Positions 25,821 to 37,400 of a DNA stretch of 64,000 nucleotides are shown here, one piece after another. The position numbers were made by a program, and so were the translations under genes. Under the pieces are notes generated by a model, which saw nothing but the letters and a program-made list of their open reading frames with translations, did no database searches and was not told the DNA's origin. Within the stretch, counting starts at the first letter, position 1; each line of letters begins with the position of its first letter. This DNA is from Thalia democratica (Eukaryota). The stretch spans positions 23,870,001 to 23,934,000 of the forward strand of contig OZ241832.1 in the NCBI GenBank assembly GCA_965202585.1, given 5' to 3'.

Positions 25821-28800
25821 ATGAAATTAGTCTTTTTACTGTTCTCACTTCTCGCCCACCTCCAATGCGACGGGGACGAAACCCCAACAAGCGGCGGTCT
25901 CCCTTCCCGCGGTCTGCCCGGAAAGCGCGGCCAGAAGGGAGAGAGCGGAGCAGATGGGCTGAGGGGATTTACCGGAAAATCCGGCAAGCAGGGCGTGAAA
26001 AGTCGGTTGAAAATTGGTTTTAGTTTTAGCCAGTTTAAAAGCTTTTTTTTTACACACATGTGTATTTGATAGTTTTCTAAATATGTTTTCAACTTACTTT
26101 TATACTCTAAGTAATTAAAATGTTTTTTGATCTTTTTAAAGTTTTGATTTATACGATATAGTTTAATGTTTGTTCTCTAATATTGTTTTTTACATCAATG
26201 TATACTTGATAGTCTTGTGTTTTTAAACTAATGTGTTGTATTCTAAATGCTTTTAAGCCTATTTTGTTCTTAATACGCTTCGATTTAAAAGGTATAAACA
26301 CAAAATATATGTTTTTAAATAATATATCATAACTAAATCAGGAATAAAAATTATTTAGTTAAGTACAAAAATTTATTATTAAAATACATTTTCAAATCTC
26401 TAAGAAGAGTTATTATGAGTTAGGTCTACCTTTATTTGTAAAACTTTACACTATACTCTACTTTGTTATGATGTCATTTAGCTTAGAAAACTGATCATAA
26501 ATAAAAAGACAAACAAATTGTTGATAATTTTAGCGATTTTTTTGTTTTTAAGTGAGCCTGGTATTATTATAATAAGCTGTAACTTACTGACGATCACAAG
26601 AAATTTTACATTTCATGTGTGAAACAGCTGTATAAATTATAGTTTTTATATAATTAGATAAATACGTATAAATATATACATTAATCAAAATTTTAAGTTG
26701 TAAATAAACAATATTGAAACATTCTCATCTCTAGGAAAGCCTTGTGCTGTAAAAGACATTGAAATCAAGAATGGAAGTATAGGTGACATCATAGGCAATC
26801 TTATCCCAACCGGTACAAAGATATCTGTCGTTTGCGACCCTGGTTACCACCTTGTAGAAGAAAATCCAGTTTGCCAAGACGGAACTTTTTCAAAAACAAG
26901 CAAAGTTATAGATATTTGCCAACGTTCGTAACGTTATTGTTTAAAGTTTAAATAACTATAAGAATTTTGATAAATTTACTATTAAGACAGATTTACAAAT
27001 GGAAAGTCTAAACCAAAAAATTAAAAACTAAATAGTAGTTAACTTGGCTTCATAAGCTAGGTTTTGTAAAATTTGTTAACTTTAAGTTGGAATTTACTTA
27101 CAGTTTTAAAGATAGACATACTTTTCAAAACTTGTAAATATTTTTTAGTTAGTAGAGAATCATGAGTTTCAAATATCATGAGTTTCAAATTTATAATTTC
27201 ATGATAAAAACAATTGTTTTGTAAAATTCATTTATGCAATAAGATTTACAAGACACACATCTTAAAAAAAACTAGATATATTTCGAGCAATTGTCATCAG
27301 TAAGGTACTAAGCACACAAGATATAAGATTTTACAAACTTATATAGTAACTAACTAATCAAACAATCATAAAGTAATCAAGAGTTTAAAAAAAAAGACAA
27401 AGGCAATTAGTAAAAATTAAAATCAATTATGTTAACTTACGTTATAATTAATCAACAGTAAAACTAAACATCGATAGATTTAAAACTGCACTTATAAAGT
27501 ATTACGAAAATAAAGAAACGGTATAGTCAAAATCTTTTTGCTTAAATAAAACATGTTTTCTTAACAAAATACAAATAGCTTACAATTTAATCAAATCGAA
27601 AACATTACTACAAGTTTTAAAATTTTTAAATCTATTTATATTTAAAACTACTTGAACATGTTGAACTATTAACCAAATTTTCTGCAATGTGTGGACGTTT
27701 AGATGCATTTTTAACCTTGACCGGTATATCATTTTTCGTTTCTGAAAAACATAAGTATTTCTATTTTATATAAACAGAAATATATCTAGTTTTATTTAAA
27801 CTTTGTGTCTTGTTTATCTTATTGTATAGTTACTGGTCACTTATGTTCAAATACATTTTACTCGTTCTCAGCATTTGAGTATACAAAAGTAATTTCTAGT
27901 TAAAGGGCTGTAATTAATTACCAACTAATTTTATTTAATTTTTTTAAACCTAACATTTAATTTTATTATAGAAGCATATAAACACATAAAATAATTTTAT
28001 CACTTCAAAAACAACAAAGTATATCGACTAACAACACTTTTATACATTAACTGCACTTAATAAGAAAATATTTATAAACAATCTATAAATTTTTTAATTT
28101 AATTTTAGCTACATTACATGATTGTAATAATGTAAAGAAATTCTACCCTGGCGCTCAAAATGGTGTTTATACTATAAAACCCTATGAAGATGTTACACAA
28201 AACTTAGAAGCTTTTTGTCAGTTCGACTCTGATAATAATGGGTGGATAGTCAGTTTTTTTGATGTTTTCTAAACTAACAAGAAAATCTCATTTTTAGTGT
28301 ACTATTTTTATGCTTCACCCTTTTTTTTCCCAATATTAAAACCGAGCCATTGAAAATCGCAATATAGTTTTATTTAATGAAACTTACACTTTATATACAC
28401 AAATTTAAAACTGCGTAACTGCATAGTTTTTTTTTAGCGTATAACATTATTATGTTTGTAGAAGATTATAAAATTAATGCTAATTCTTTGTACAGTGTTG
28501 TACACTTGTATACAATTAATAGTAATTCGTTTTAATAATTTTAGATCAGTTTAAAATCAGAAGCGACTCATTACATAACTCTGTACACTACTTTTAAAAC
28601 GTTTGTTATATAACCTTGTGTCCAGGTCTTACAAAAAAGGACAGACTCGTCAACGAGCTTCAAAAGAAGATGGTCGGTTTACGTCACGGGGTTCGGTGAG
28701 AAAACAGGAAACTACTGGCTCGGTTTAGTTAACATTAGTGTATTTCGTTTGTACATTAATGCAATATTGCTGTTTGTAACATAAAACAAAGTTGAGCAGT

Positions 28801-30410
28801 TTGTCTATTGGTTTACTTTAACACAAATATGATTCGTTCGTAAATTGTTGCAACAAAACTGTATTTGATGATGAACATGTAGTTGATTAAAATTAAATTT
28901 TATTTAGTTGTTAAAGTTTCAGTATATACACATAATTATTTTAAAACAATATTAATATTGTACAAAACAATGAAAATTTAATTAAAAGGGTTGGAGAACA
29001 TGTACGCACTTCTGAAAGGAAGGGACTTCGTGCTTAGAATCGAGCTTGAAAAACTTAATGGAGAAACTGCATACGCCGAATATGAGTAAGAATTTTTATG
29101 AATTTTAAACACAAACAAAAAATATAAATTAAAACAAACTAGCCTTATAAACTTTTTAAATATAATTAATAATTATTTAAAAATTTCGATCATGCTAAAA
29201 AATGTCATTTTACAGAAAATTTACACAGAACAAAATTTACAAATATAAAGGTTGAAAAATAGTATTTTTAAAATTGATTAATAATACTAAAAAATTTTTT
29301 TATAACTTCAACACACTTAAAAATATTTTTTCGTGTCGAAGACTTAATAATGCGTAAACCAAATCGTACACAGTATTATGCCAGTATTGAAACTTACAAT
29401 TTATACTAGCTTTCTCGTTTGATTATTTCTAACTTAGTAACTTATACCACTAATCGAGGAAAAGAATGTTAGAATAGTTAAAAAAGAATTGTTTAACATT
29501 CCGTTTTAATAGTTTTATTATTTTAGTGAGTTTTACCTAGGAAGTGAATCTGAGAAATTTGCTTTACATGTTGGCCAGTACTCAGGAACTGCCGGTAAAC
29601 ATTTTTATTATATTTTTTAATTTTTACTGACAACTTAAATTCGTTTCACTAAGTTTTGTTCTATAGTTGAATGAATGATCATAAAAAATCATTCCTTTGT
29701 AAAGTTATAGTGTTTGTTCTCAATATAAAGTTTAATTGGTAAATTCTGATATTAAGAATAGACATTTAGCAAAAATATTTTATTTTTTTTTTACAACAGG
29801 CGATTCGCTAGCTTACCACAATGGAATGAGATTTACAACCAAAGATCAGGACAATGACCAGTATTCAGGTAAGTATTATATTGCGTAGTTATAAAATAAC
29901 AATTCAGTATACTCAAATTATTTTGTATGAATCTTATAAATTCATTAGAGTTTTAGATTAAACAATAAAAAAAATAATTTAACTAATAAACTATTTACTA
30001 ATTTGTACTCTAATATAACATGCTAAACAATTTTCTTATATAATCAAACTCTCTAATTTTTAAATCGAATTGTGCCACCGTTTACGGTTTAAAACTTTAA
30101 GATTAAACAAAAAAAAACACTTCAAAAAACAACTTATATACTATTTACTATTTCAAATATTTTTAATATTAATAATAACTAATAACCTTTCAATCAAACT
30201 CATTCCTTTATTTAAAATATTTTTGAAGGTAATTGCGCCACCGTTTCTGGAGGCAGAGGAGGTTGGTGGTTTAAAACTTGCAAGTATTCAAACTTGAACG
30301 GGGAATACCAAGACCCGAGTAAGAATAACTACAGAGGTTTGTATTGGTACCATCTTAATGAACACCATTCCCTCAAAACTTCAGTTATGATGGTGAAGAG
30401 AAAAAACTAA
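25821..30410 (+). CDS. Secreted ficolin-like fibrinogen-related protein: signal peptide + collagen + sushi/CCP + FReD; join(25821..26001,26735..26923,28109..28248,28626..28722,28989..29085,29527..29594,29800..29868,30229..30410), 340 aa
   Basis: All introns GT-AG with compatible phases (1,1,0,1,2,1,1); total 1023 nt = 341 codons. Signal peptide MKLVFLLFSLLAHLQC. Nine Gly-X-Y triplets (GLP GKR GQK GES GAD GLR GFT GKS GKQ). Four-Cys CCP exon PCAV...VVCDPGYHL..PVCQDG...DICQ. FReD motifs DC..GVYTI..FC..NGWI/VLQKR..GFG..YWLG..LRIEL..GTAGDSLAYHNGMRFTTKDQDND..NCA..GGWWFKTCKYSNLNG..MMVK. Confidence 0.93.
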
Positions 30411-30580
30411 TATTTGTGTGCATTTTTAACAGTTTAAATCATTTTACTTTATGTACAGTATTTTTTGCAAATTTTTATAACAATTGTTTTGTATATGTGT
30501 AATTGAATAGATACTTGTTTTACATTAAATAGTTTTACTACAATTGTAAATTATGTACTGTTTTTAATTAGCTTGTTAAA

Positions 30581-30586
30581 AATAAA
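30581..30586 (+). terminator. Candidate polyadenylation signal of the ficolin-like gene
   Basis: First AATAAA after the stop, about 170 nt downstream. The AT-rich background lowers specificity. Confidence 0.35.
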
Positions 30587-31215
30587 TGTTTACAACTTGT
30601 AAATAGATTGCAATTTGTTTTTCAGTTTAAACATTTCTTCTTATAAACTTTTCAGTTTTTCAAATGATTTAGTAATAAATACTATTAGTTATTGCTTTAA
30701 ACATCGTAAATTTTTTGATTGTATCAATAAAAGATAATTTCAAAAAATAAAACTGTAGTATTTGTAGTTATAAGTCTACTTAACTCTCTAGATGTAGTTT
30801 TAAAATAAAGTAAAGATATAAATTGTGTTGTTCATCTTTAAATTTATTTCATACAATTGACTTACTTAATTTAAAAAAATTATTTCAAATACAAAGTTCA
30901 AAAATATAAGGGTTCAATGTTTTCGATAGATTTTAATTAGATAATTTTAAAGCGTCGAAAAGCAGACAAAACAAAATTAAAAAAATACTTCAATACAAGT
31001 TTTATTTAAATCCATACTATAACTTAATTTTTTTTTGAAACAACACAATACCTTTACTTGTAGTCCAAAAACCACTTTAAAATACTGTCTACCCTAAATC
31101 TTTATTAAAATTAAGTTGTATATAAATACAACAGAGATTCATACAAAAACCTAAAAAGAATATTTAAACACGTCATAACACCAAAAACTGTATAAAAAAA
31201 GATTGTTGTAAAATT

Positions 31216-31400
31216 TTGACACGAAAAATGGGTAAAAACCGAAAAGGTTTGAAAAATGTTCCTTCAAACGATCGAAGCGACGATTTTTACACTTACGAGT
31301 ACGTAACAGAAGTCAAGCGATGGTTCGTCAAAGGGTGGCGGGAAAATAAAAATGGCGCCAAAAATAAAGCGAACCGACAGCGACCGCAGGTTGTTTTACT
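31216..31400. promoter_or_regulatory. CpG-rich island, candidate promoter or first exon
   Basis: Retains many CpGs in a CpG-poor background and contains AAAATGGCGCC (YY1-like, 31349). Lies 1.3 kb upstream of the membrane-protein exon. Could instead be a TE end. Confidence 0.3.
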
Positions 31401-32217
31401 TGTAAATATAAATACATCAGTAAATTATTCATCGCAGTTAAGAGTCAGAGTGTTAAGAATATACAGTTTACCTTCAACTAGGGTTTACAAAGAACATTTT
31501 TATAATCAGTAATTTGTTAGAATTAGAAAAATAACACTATTAATAGATATTTGACGTTAAAAGGTATTTAAATTGTGTGCAACTCGATAACCGAATGGTT
31601 CTTCGTGCACCAGTTCCCAGAACTAAACATTTTTGGCGTCTTTTTTTTCGTTTGATAAACTATAGCTACAATACCACCCATTTACTAGTCTAACTAAACT
31701 TAATATTTTGCCTCCTCACTAACTTTTGCCCATGATAGCCAAAGGAGCGTTGTCGATCATTTTGGGAAACACTGCTTCATATAAAACAAGTTTTTTGGAC
31801 TGAAAGTATGGACGCCCACACAAGATGGATTAAATAACTTGTTTAAATATACTTTTATATTTTCGTTACTAGGTAGTTTTGTTTATCGAAAATATTCATA
31901 AGTTTAAAGGTTTAAAGCAGTTTTCAGGCTTATAGTTAAATACATGTTTTTAAACATCATTTGGTCGTATTAATATTGTAAATAACATCAATTTTCTTTA
32001 CAAGCTTTACATAGGCTTTTCAAGATAAATAAGTGAAAACATTTTGCTAATTATATGTTGTCATTAAAATTGTTCTATATCTTAAATGGTGATCTACCGA
32101 ATCCACAGAATAAAAATTCAGCCGAATCCGAGTCCAGTTACCTTAAATCTCTGAAATCCTCATGTTATTTTCACTACTAGTTTATTAATATAAATATGTT
32201 TGTGTGGTAAAGCAAAA

Positions 32218-32557
32218 GTTAAGATTAATTAATATGCCAAATACAGTGATTTACCAAATACAGATCTGATATATAACTATACTTGGCAAATTTTACCCTA
32301 AAACAGAAACGTATCAAGTTGTTTGAAACAAACAAAAAATATTTTATACTTGTAAATACATTTTTATTCAAAGAAACAGTTATACTATAATTAACATATA
32401 AAACATTATTATAAATATTTTTCAAGTAAAAAATAAATTTTGTTTGTTTCAAACAGCTTGATACGTTGCTGTTTTAGGGTAAAATTTGCCAAGTATATCT
32501 ATATACCAGATCTGCTATCAGTAGATCACTGTATTTGGCATATTAACTAATCTTAAC
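32218..32557. mobile_element. Foldback / MITE with about 125-bp inverted arms
   Basis: GTTAAGATTAATTAATATGCCAAATACAGTG...GTTTGAAACAAACAAAA (32218-32340) is the near reverse complement of TTTTGTTTGTTTCAAAC...CACTGTATTTGGCATATTAACTAATCTTAAC (about 32438-32557). Confidence 0.8.
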
Positions 32558-32669
32558 ACTTGTATTACTACACGTACATATTGATATTAATGAACAAATA
32601 GTGAAATATTAATACAGCATATCAATTTAGTAAAAACCTTTAGCAAATTTTGCTTAACGACATTTCTAG

Positions 32670-33039
32670 CCGCAGGCGCAACAATCAACAGCGGCAAGAC
32701 AAGTACCAAGAGAATTGTCACAAAGACACCGTACACCAGAAGAAATGTCACAAGGACAGCAAACACCAGGAGAAATGTTACAAGCACAACAAGCGCAAGA
32801 AGAAACGTCATTAGGACAACAGATACCAGGAGAAATGTCAACGGTAGAAATGTCGCGTGACATAAGAAGAAAAATTGTTAAGGTGTGGTCGATGAAGCAC
32901 TGCGTAGCGCCAATTCTCATCGCATTTCTGCTTGTCGGTGTTGCGGCTGCGGTTTTTTTTTTTTTTGGCGGGAAAAATCATTCTGGCGATTTGAACGTTG
33001 GCAATGCCTTAAACGTCACAGTGGAACAGAACGTTACAA
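32670..33039 (+). CDS. Exon of a type II single-pass membrane protein with 10-aa cytoplasmic repeats (rest of gene not located)
   Basis: Branch-like GCTTAAC and acceptor CATTTCTAG| at 32669. Open frame PQAQQST...; first in-frame ATG at 32745. Basic RRK..K precedes hydrophobic VAPILIAFLLVGVAAAVFFFFGG, followed by NHS/NVT/NVT sequons. Probable donor A|GTCTGA after 33039. Confidence 0.65.
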
Positions 33040-33646
33040 GTCTGAGTTTATTCAAATATTTTTATCATTTTTTTTTCTTTAGATAACGTTGTTAATTCTG
33101 TTTTTATTTTTAATACTTTTTTTTCTGATCGTAACGCAAGTAAATTTTGTTTTTGAACAAGAAAATCTCGCATGGTTGTAATAGTTTTTAATAATGCGTC
33201 AGAGTACAATGATATTTACTATTTTACTTTTACAACTTTATTGTCAATTTTTAAATCAGTACAGCTATGAAGGTTAAAAGTTTATATAAAATTTCCATGT
33301 CTAATCAATTTTATCTCTAGTTTAAACATTTGTTCTACACCAGCCTAAAGCTCAGTTGATATTTAAAAAAATCTATACAACAACAAAAGTACTTAAAATC
33401 AGATAAAATGTAATAATTGTTTCAGACGATGAAATAAACTAAAAGCGTCGATGTTTTACAAGTTCCAACAATTATATCAAAAATCTTAGCAAAAAGAAAA
33501 CTATTTAGAAACTTATACTGTATTTGTATTTCAATTCTAACAAAAAAAATTGACATCAGTCAAGTAAGTAAACTGTTAAAAGTTTACTTTTTGTTTAGAA
33601 TTTTAGTTGTATATCATTTTGATTGTAAGTGTTTAAAATTTTGTTA

Positions 33647-33725
33647 CAGCGCTTATTCACTTATCCGGACATACTGGGAATTTTTTTTGCAAAACATGTC
33701 CAGGTAAGCATTTTTCCGGGTAAGT
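33647..33725 (+). mobile_element. Possible pogo/Tigger-like MITE end
   Basis: TA|CAG...CTTATCCGGAC...TGTCCAGGTAAG...TTCCGGGTAAG resembles Tigger-type ends. No partner end found. Confidence 0.35.
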
Positions 33726-33884
33726 GCAAAAAAACAATGTTTTATTAAGGAATATAACTGCTGTGTATTATACAATACTTAGTAAATGCTCAGCTACTCT
33801 TTTTCTGCTCCGAACTTTTAAAACTTTTATTCACTTTTCAAAACATCGTACAAAGTCGACCTGCCTAAAAAACAGTTGAATCTT

Positions 33885-34335
33885 TTAAATTTATAGTTAA
33901 GTACATATGTTGTTTGTAATATAAAAGTAGAAACAATCACATAAACCAGCGCAACAATATCATAATTAATGGTTAAGTATTATTAAGATTTGAGTGTAAT
34001 TTTAAAAATTAGATTCTTTTATACGCAGCAGTAAAATAACTAAGAGCTAATTGTTTGTATCTGTTTGTTTAATTAAGATACACCTTATCTAATACTTATT
34101 ATGTACATACAATTAGTCTTATTTGAAACTAATTTAATAATTTATAATCCAAAAACTGATATCCATATACAACTAAAGTGTAAGTAAAAATTACTAAGTT
34201 TTTACTGTATGAGACTACAGGGTCATGACGTAATAAATGTAAATAGGTAAAAATAAAAAATATTACAAAACTACCTGAAAAATTGTAGACAAAAACGGTA
34301 TTTTGTAAGTGTCTAATTTAAAAGATGTCCAAACT
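33885..34335 (+). repeat. Dispersed repeat of about 0.4 kb, second copy at about 37450-37795
   Basis: Shared anchors in order: TACATATGTTGTTTGT, TAAACCAGCGCAACAATAT, TTATAATCCAAAA, CTGTATGAGACT, TGACGTAATAA, GTCTAATTTAAAAGATG. Confidence 0.8.
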
Positions 34336-34392
34336 AGAGTAACCGGCACTAAAGTAATGTAAATTGGGATTAATTAAGTAATTATTTTCCAA

Positions 34393-34430
34393 TTAGGGGT
34401 AAAACATGAAAAAACAGTTAAGAACCACTG
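34393..34430. mobile_element. hAT MITE end (element to the left)
   Basis: GGGGTAAA...GTTAAGAACCACTG. A related end CAGCGATTCTTAACCTGGAGTAAATTT starts at 35654, facing away from it. Confidence 0.5.
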
Positions 34431-37400
34431 GTCTGAATTATAATTAAACACTAAACTTAGAATATTTATTTCCTGTTTATGAGACTTGGTAACTTGAATT
34501 AATATAAATTTTTGAATTGCAATAGAATGATACTGATAAAGTAAACTACAACGTAAAACTGTTGTGTTGTTTGATAAACGCAAAGTAAGTATATTATTAT
34601 TATTTAATGTAAAATTTAAGCAGATGTTTATAAAGTTTTGACTGTCATGTATAACTAGCAAACTTAGTAACTTTAAAGATAGAACCAAAACAGTGTATTG
34701 GAAATATAAAAAAAAGAATTAACTACGTCATAATATAAGAAGTGAATAAAAGAAGTGAATAAAAAAGAAAATTAAAATCAGATAGTTAGATTGTTACGTC
34801 ATTTCAACAGTTAAGAACAGTATAAGCCTTTAGTAAAAATTGCATTTAAGTAAGTAATAAAATGGATAATTTACTAATTTATTAACATAACAATATGATA
34901 TACTTTTTAAAAGCAGAGAAACTTGAAACTTTAAACCGAAAATAATTATAAATTAATTGTAGAGTAATTAGTCTAAGGAGTTAAGGTAATTTTAGACAGT
35001 TTTATAAGTAGAATAGAGTACAATATGAAGGTATATCAATAAAAAAATCCGTAATCATCTAGTTTAATAAAGTTAAATAAAAACACAAGCATAGTTTTAT
35101 ACAGATCTATATTATATCGCTGCATACTTAGCAAAACACCGCTAGGATAAATAACGTTTGGTGAAAATTTGTCAAACAAACAAGAAAAAGATTGAGAAAA
35201 TAGTTCTAATAATTAATAAGTAGCCTGAGCAAAACATGAGTAATAATTTTTACACATAAAATTTTTTGTGATGTATTCGATCAGTTTTGGGTTGTTCACA
35301 CTGTACGAAGTAGAAAATAACTAAGCTAGTTTTGTAAGCCAGTGCAACAACAGTATTAGATAACGCGAAGTGTTCTAGGTCTAATAAAAGTTGAATTGTG
35401 TTTAGTTATTTAATATAGATGAAAAACTGAGATTGCAATTACTCCAATAAAGAAAAAATTAAAGCTATATTATAAGGAAAACTAGTGAAAGATATTGGAT
35501 AAACTGAGACAAAAACAAAGTTGTAAGAAACTCTATTTAGTCTTTACTTCACTAAGTTTAAATTAAGCAACTTGTTTGTACAAATATGTTGCAGACATTT
35601 AAAAATCAAGAACTAAAGAACATTTGCCTAAATTAAATATTTTCAGACTTTGGCAGCGATTCTTAACCTGGAGTAAATTTAACCCTTGTTTAATGGAGTA
35701 ATTTTTTTAATTTTAGTTATGTGAATTAATGTTTATAAATTTTCTTTTTAGTTTATATATTAGTGTTTTTTAGTCTTTTCAAAAGCTAAACAAACTCTTA
35801 AAAAATTACGGTTTTTTATATTTAATAAGCGTGAATTTAAAAAAAAAAATTCTATTGAAAGTTACTTAAATCTAGTTTATAATGATTATTGATTTGTGTA
35901 GTACTTAAACAATACTTCATACTAGTATTAAAGAGAACCCTTAGCTGCAATAAACATATGAATAAAAGTTTATACGGACACCAAGGTTTAGCTTAACTTT
36001 ACAAACTGTATTAACACGTGCAAAAGTACTAATGAAACTGTTAGTCAAAGTAAGTAATGTTTATTAACTGTTAAAGAACTAATTAAATTAATATACTTTA
36101 TAAAAAAGTTGTCTTTTTCAAAAAAAGACTGTAGTTATTTAATTTTATGCACATTTTTATGGAACAAAAATGAATGATAATGAACGAGTAAAATATTTTT
36201 TTAGAATTTTTTTCTCTTTCTTTTTAAACTTGCCAATAATTAATAATCAGCATTTCCATCGTTCTTCGCGGAAAACTTTATGCTAAATAAACCCAAAAAA
36301 TTTATTAAAACGATGAAAAATAAGAAAAATGGAGCTTTAAAACTTCAGAGCTTTAAATTTGAACTATTTGGTTTTTCTAATACCTTTCAAACTTGAATGT
36401 TTTTGCACTTGAAAGCCGATGAGCAAATGTTTGACCAACTTTGAAGTCTTCTACTTGCCATAACTTGGAAAAATGTCATATTTCAACACAATTGTCATCT
36501 TCAGCTAGAAGCTTCTTGTATCAACAATGGGGAATTTCCCAGTTTTGTGATTTTTGTTTCTTTTCAGAGATTTCCAACACAAATTTGGAGAAATAACAAG
36601 AGATTTCAAACGAACAATGTTTAAGCGTTGACTGAGTAATTGACGATTTTCAAAATGAGAGTTACTATAAAAGAACTGTTAAGCATATTAATTCTCAATA
36701 TGAATTACTATATTTTTTAGAAGTAATTATAAATTAAACACGAATAACTCGAGCAATTCATCTGAAAGAAATCAGATCAATATCGGTTATAAATTAATTT
36801 TGATCCTTTAAATCAGAAAAAGTAAAAATGACTATTGCGTGCAAACTGATGCAACGATTCGAGAGATGCATAACAAGACACGTGACCTAAGCAAACTCAT
36901 TCGTAAAGCCGACAAGTGTTTGTCGAGCCCGCAGTTTAAACTGGAAAATAGAAGCAGCTATCGATTGCTATCGAAAGCTAGTTTTCGTCTTTCTACTGTG
37001 CTTAAAATTGCTGAAGCTAGCAGTAAGATGTTACAAGAGAGAGAGAGTATGAAAGTCATACATACGTAACTAAAGATACTAGTGTCCTTCAAACTAATTG
37101 ACTTCAGATTTATGTTTGGATATAAGATATTAGAAAACACTGTATATAATATACATCACAGTTCTGTAGACTTAAACCTTGGCTTAAATGGCACTACAAA
37201 AATTTTCATTTAAAACAACTCAAATATAACCTTAAATTTGAACGGTAGTTAGTTGTAGTAACGTTATTTATCTTAATTTATCAAATGTCCAGAGCTTGTA
37301 CCTGCCATTATTTATTTATTTTAACTCACACATTGTTAAATAAAGTTATATATAATGGTTGAATTTAAATGAGACCTCTAAACTCATAAAGGCTATTAAT

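Noticed and set aside
25751-26092. Minus-strand ORFs overlapping ficolin-like exon 1
   Set aside because: Antisense shadows of a GC-rich collagen exon.
30070-30297. 75-aa ORF
   Set aside because: Intron 7 plus an off-frame read of exon 8.
31352-31389. ATGGCG... as coding first exon of the membrane protein
   Set aside because: Its donor is phase 2; joining to 32670 gives a frame that stops before the TM helix.
32587-33082. Overlapping minus-strand and alternative-frame ORFs
   Set aside because: Shadows of the 30-bp repeat exon.
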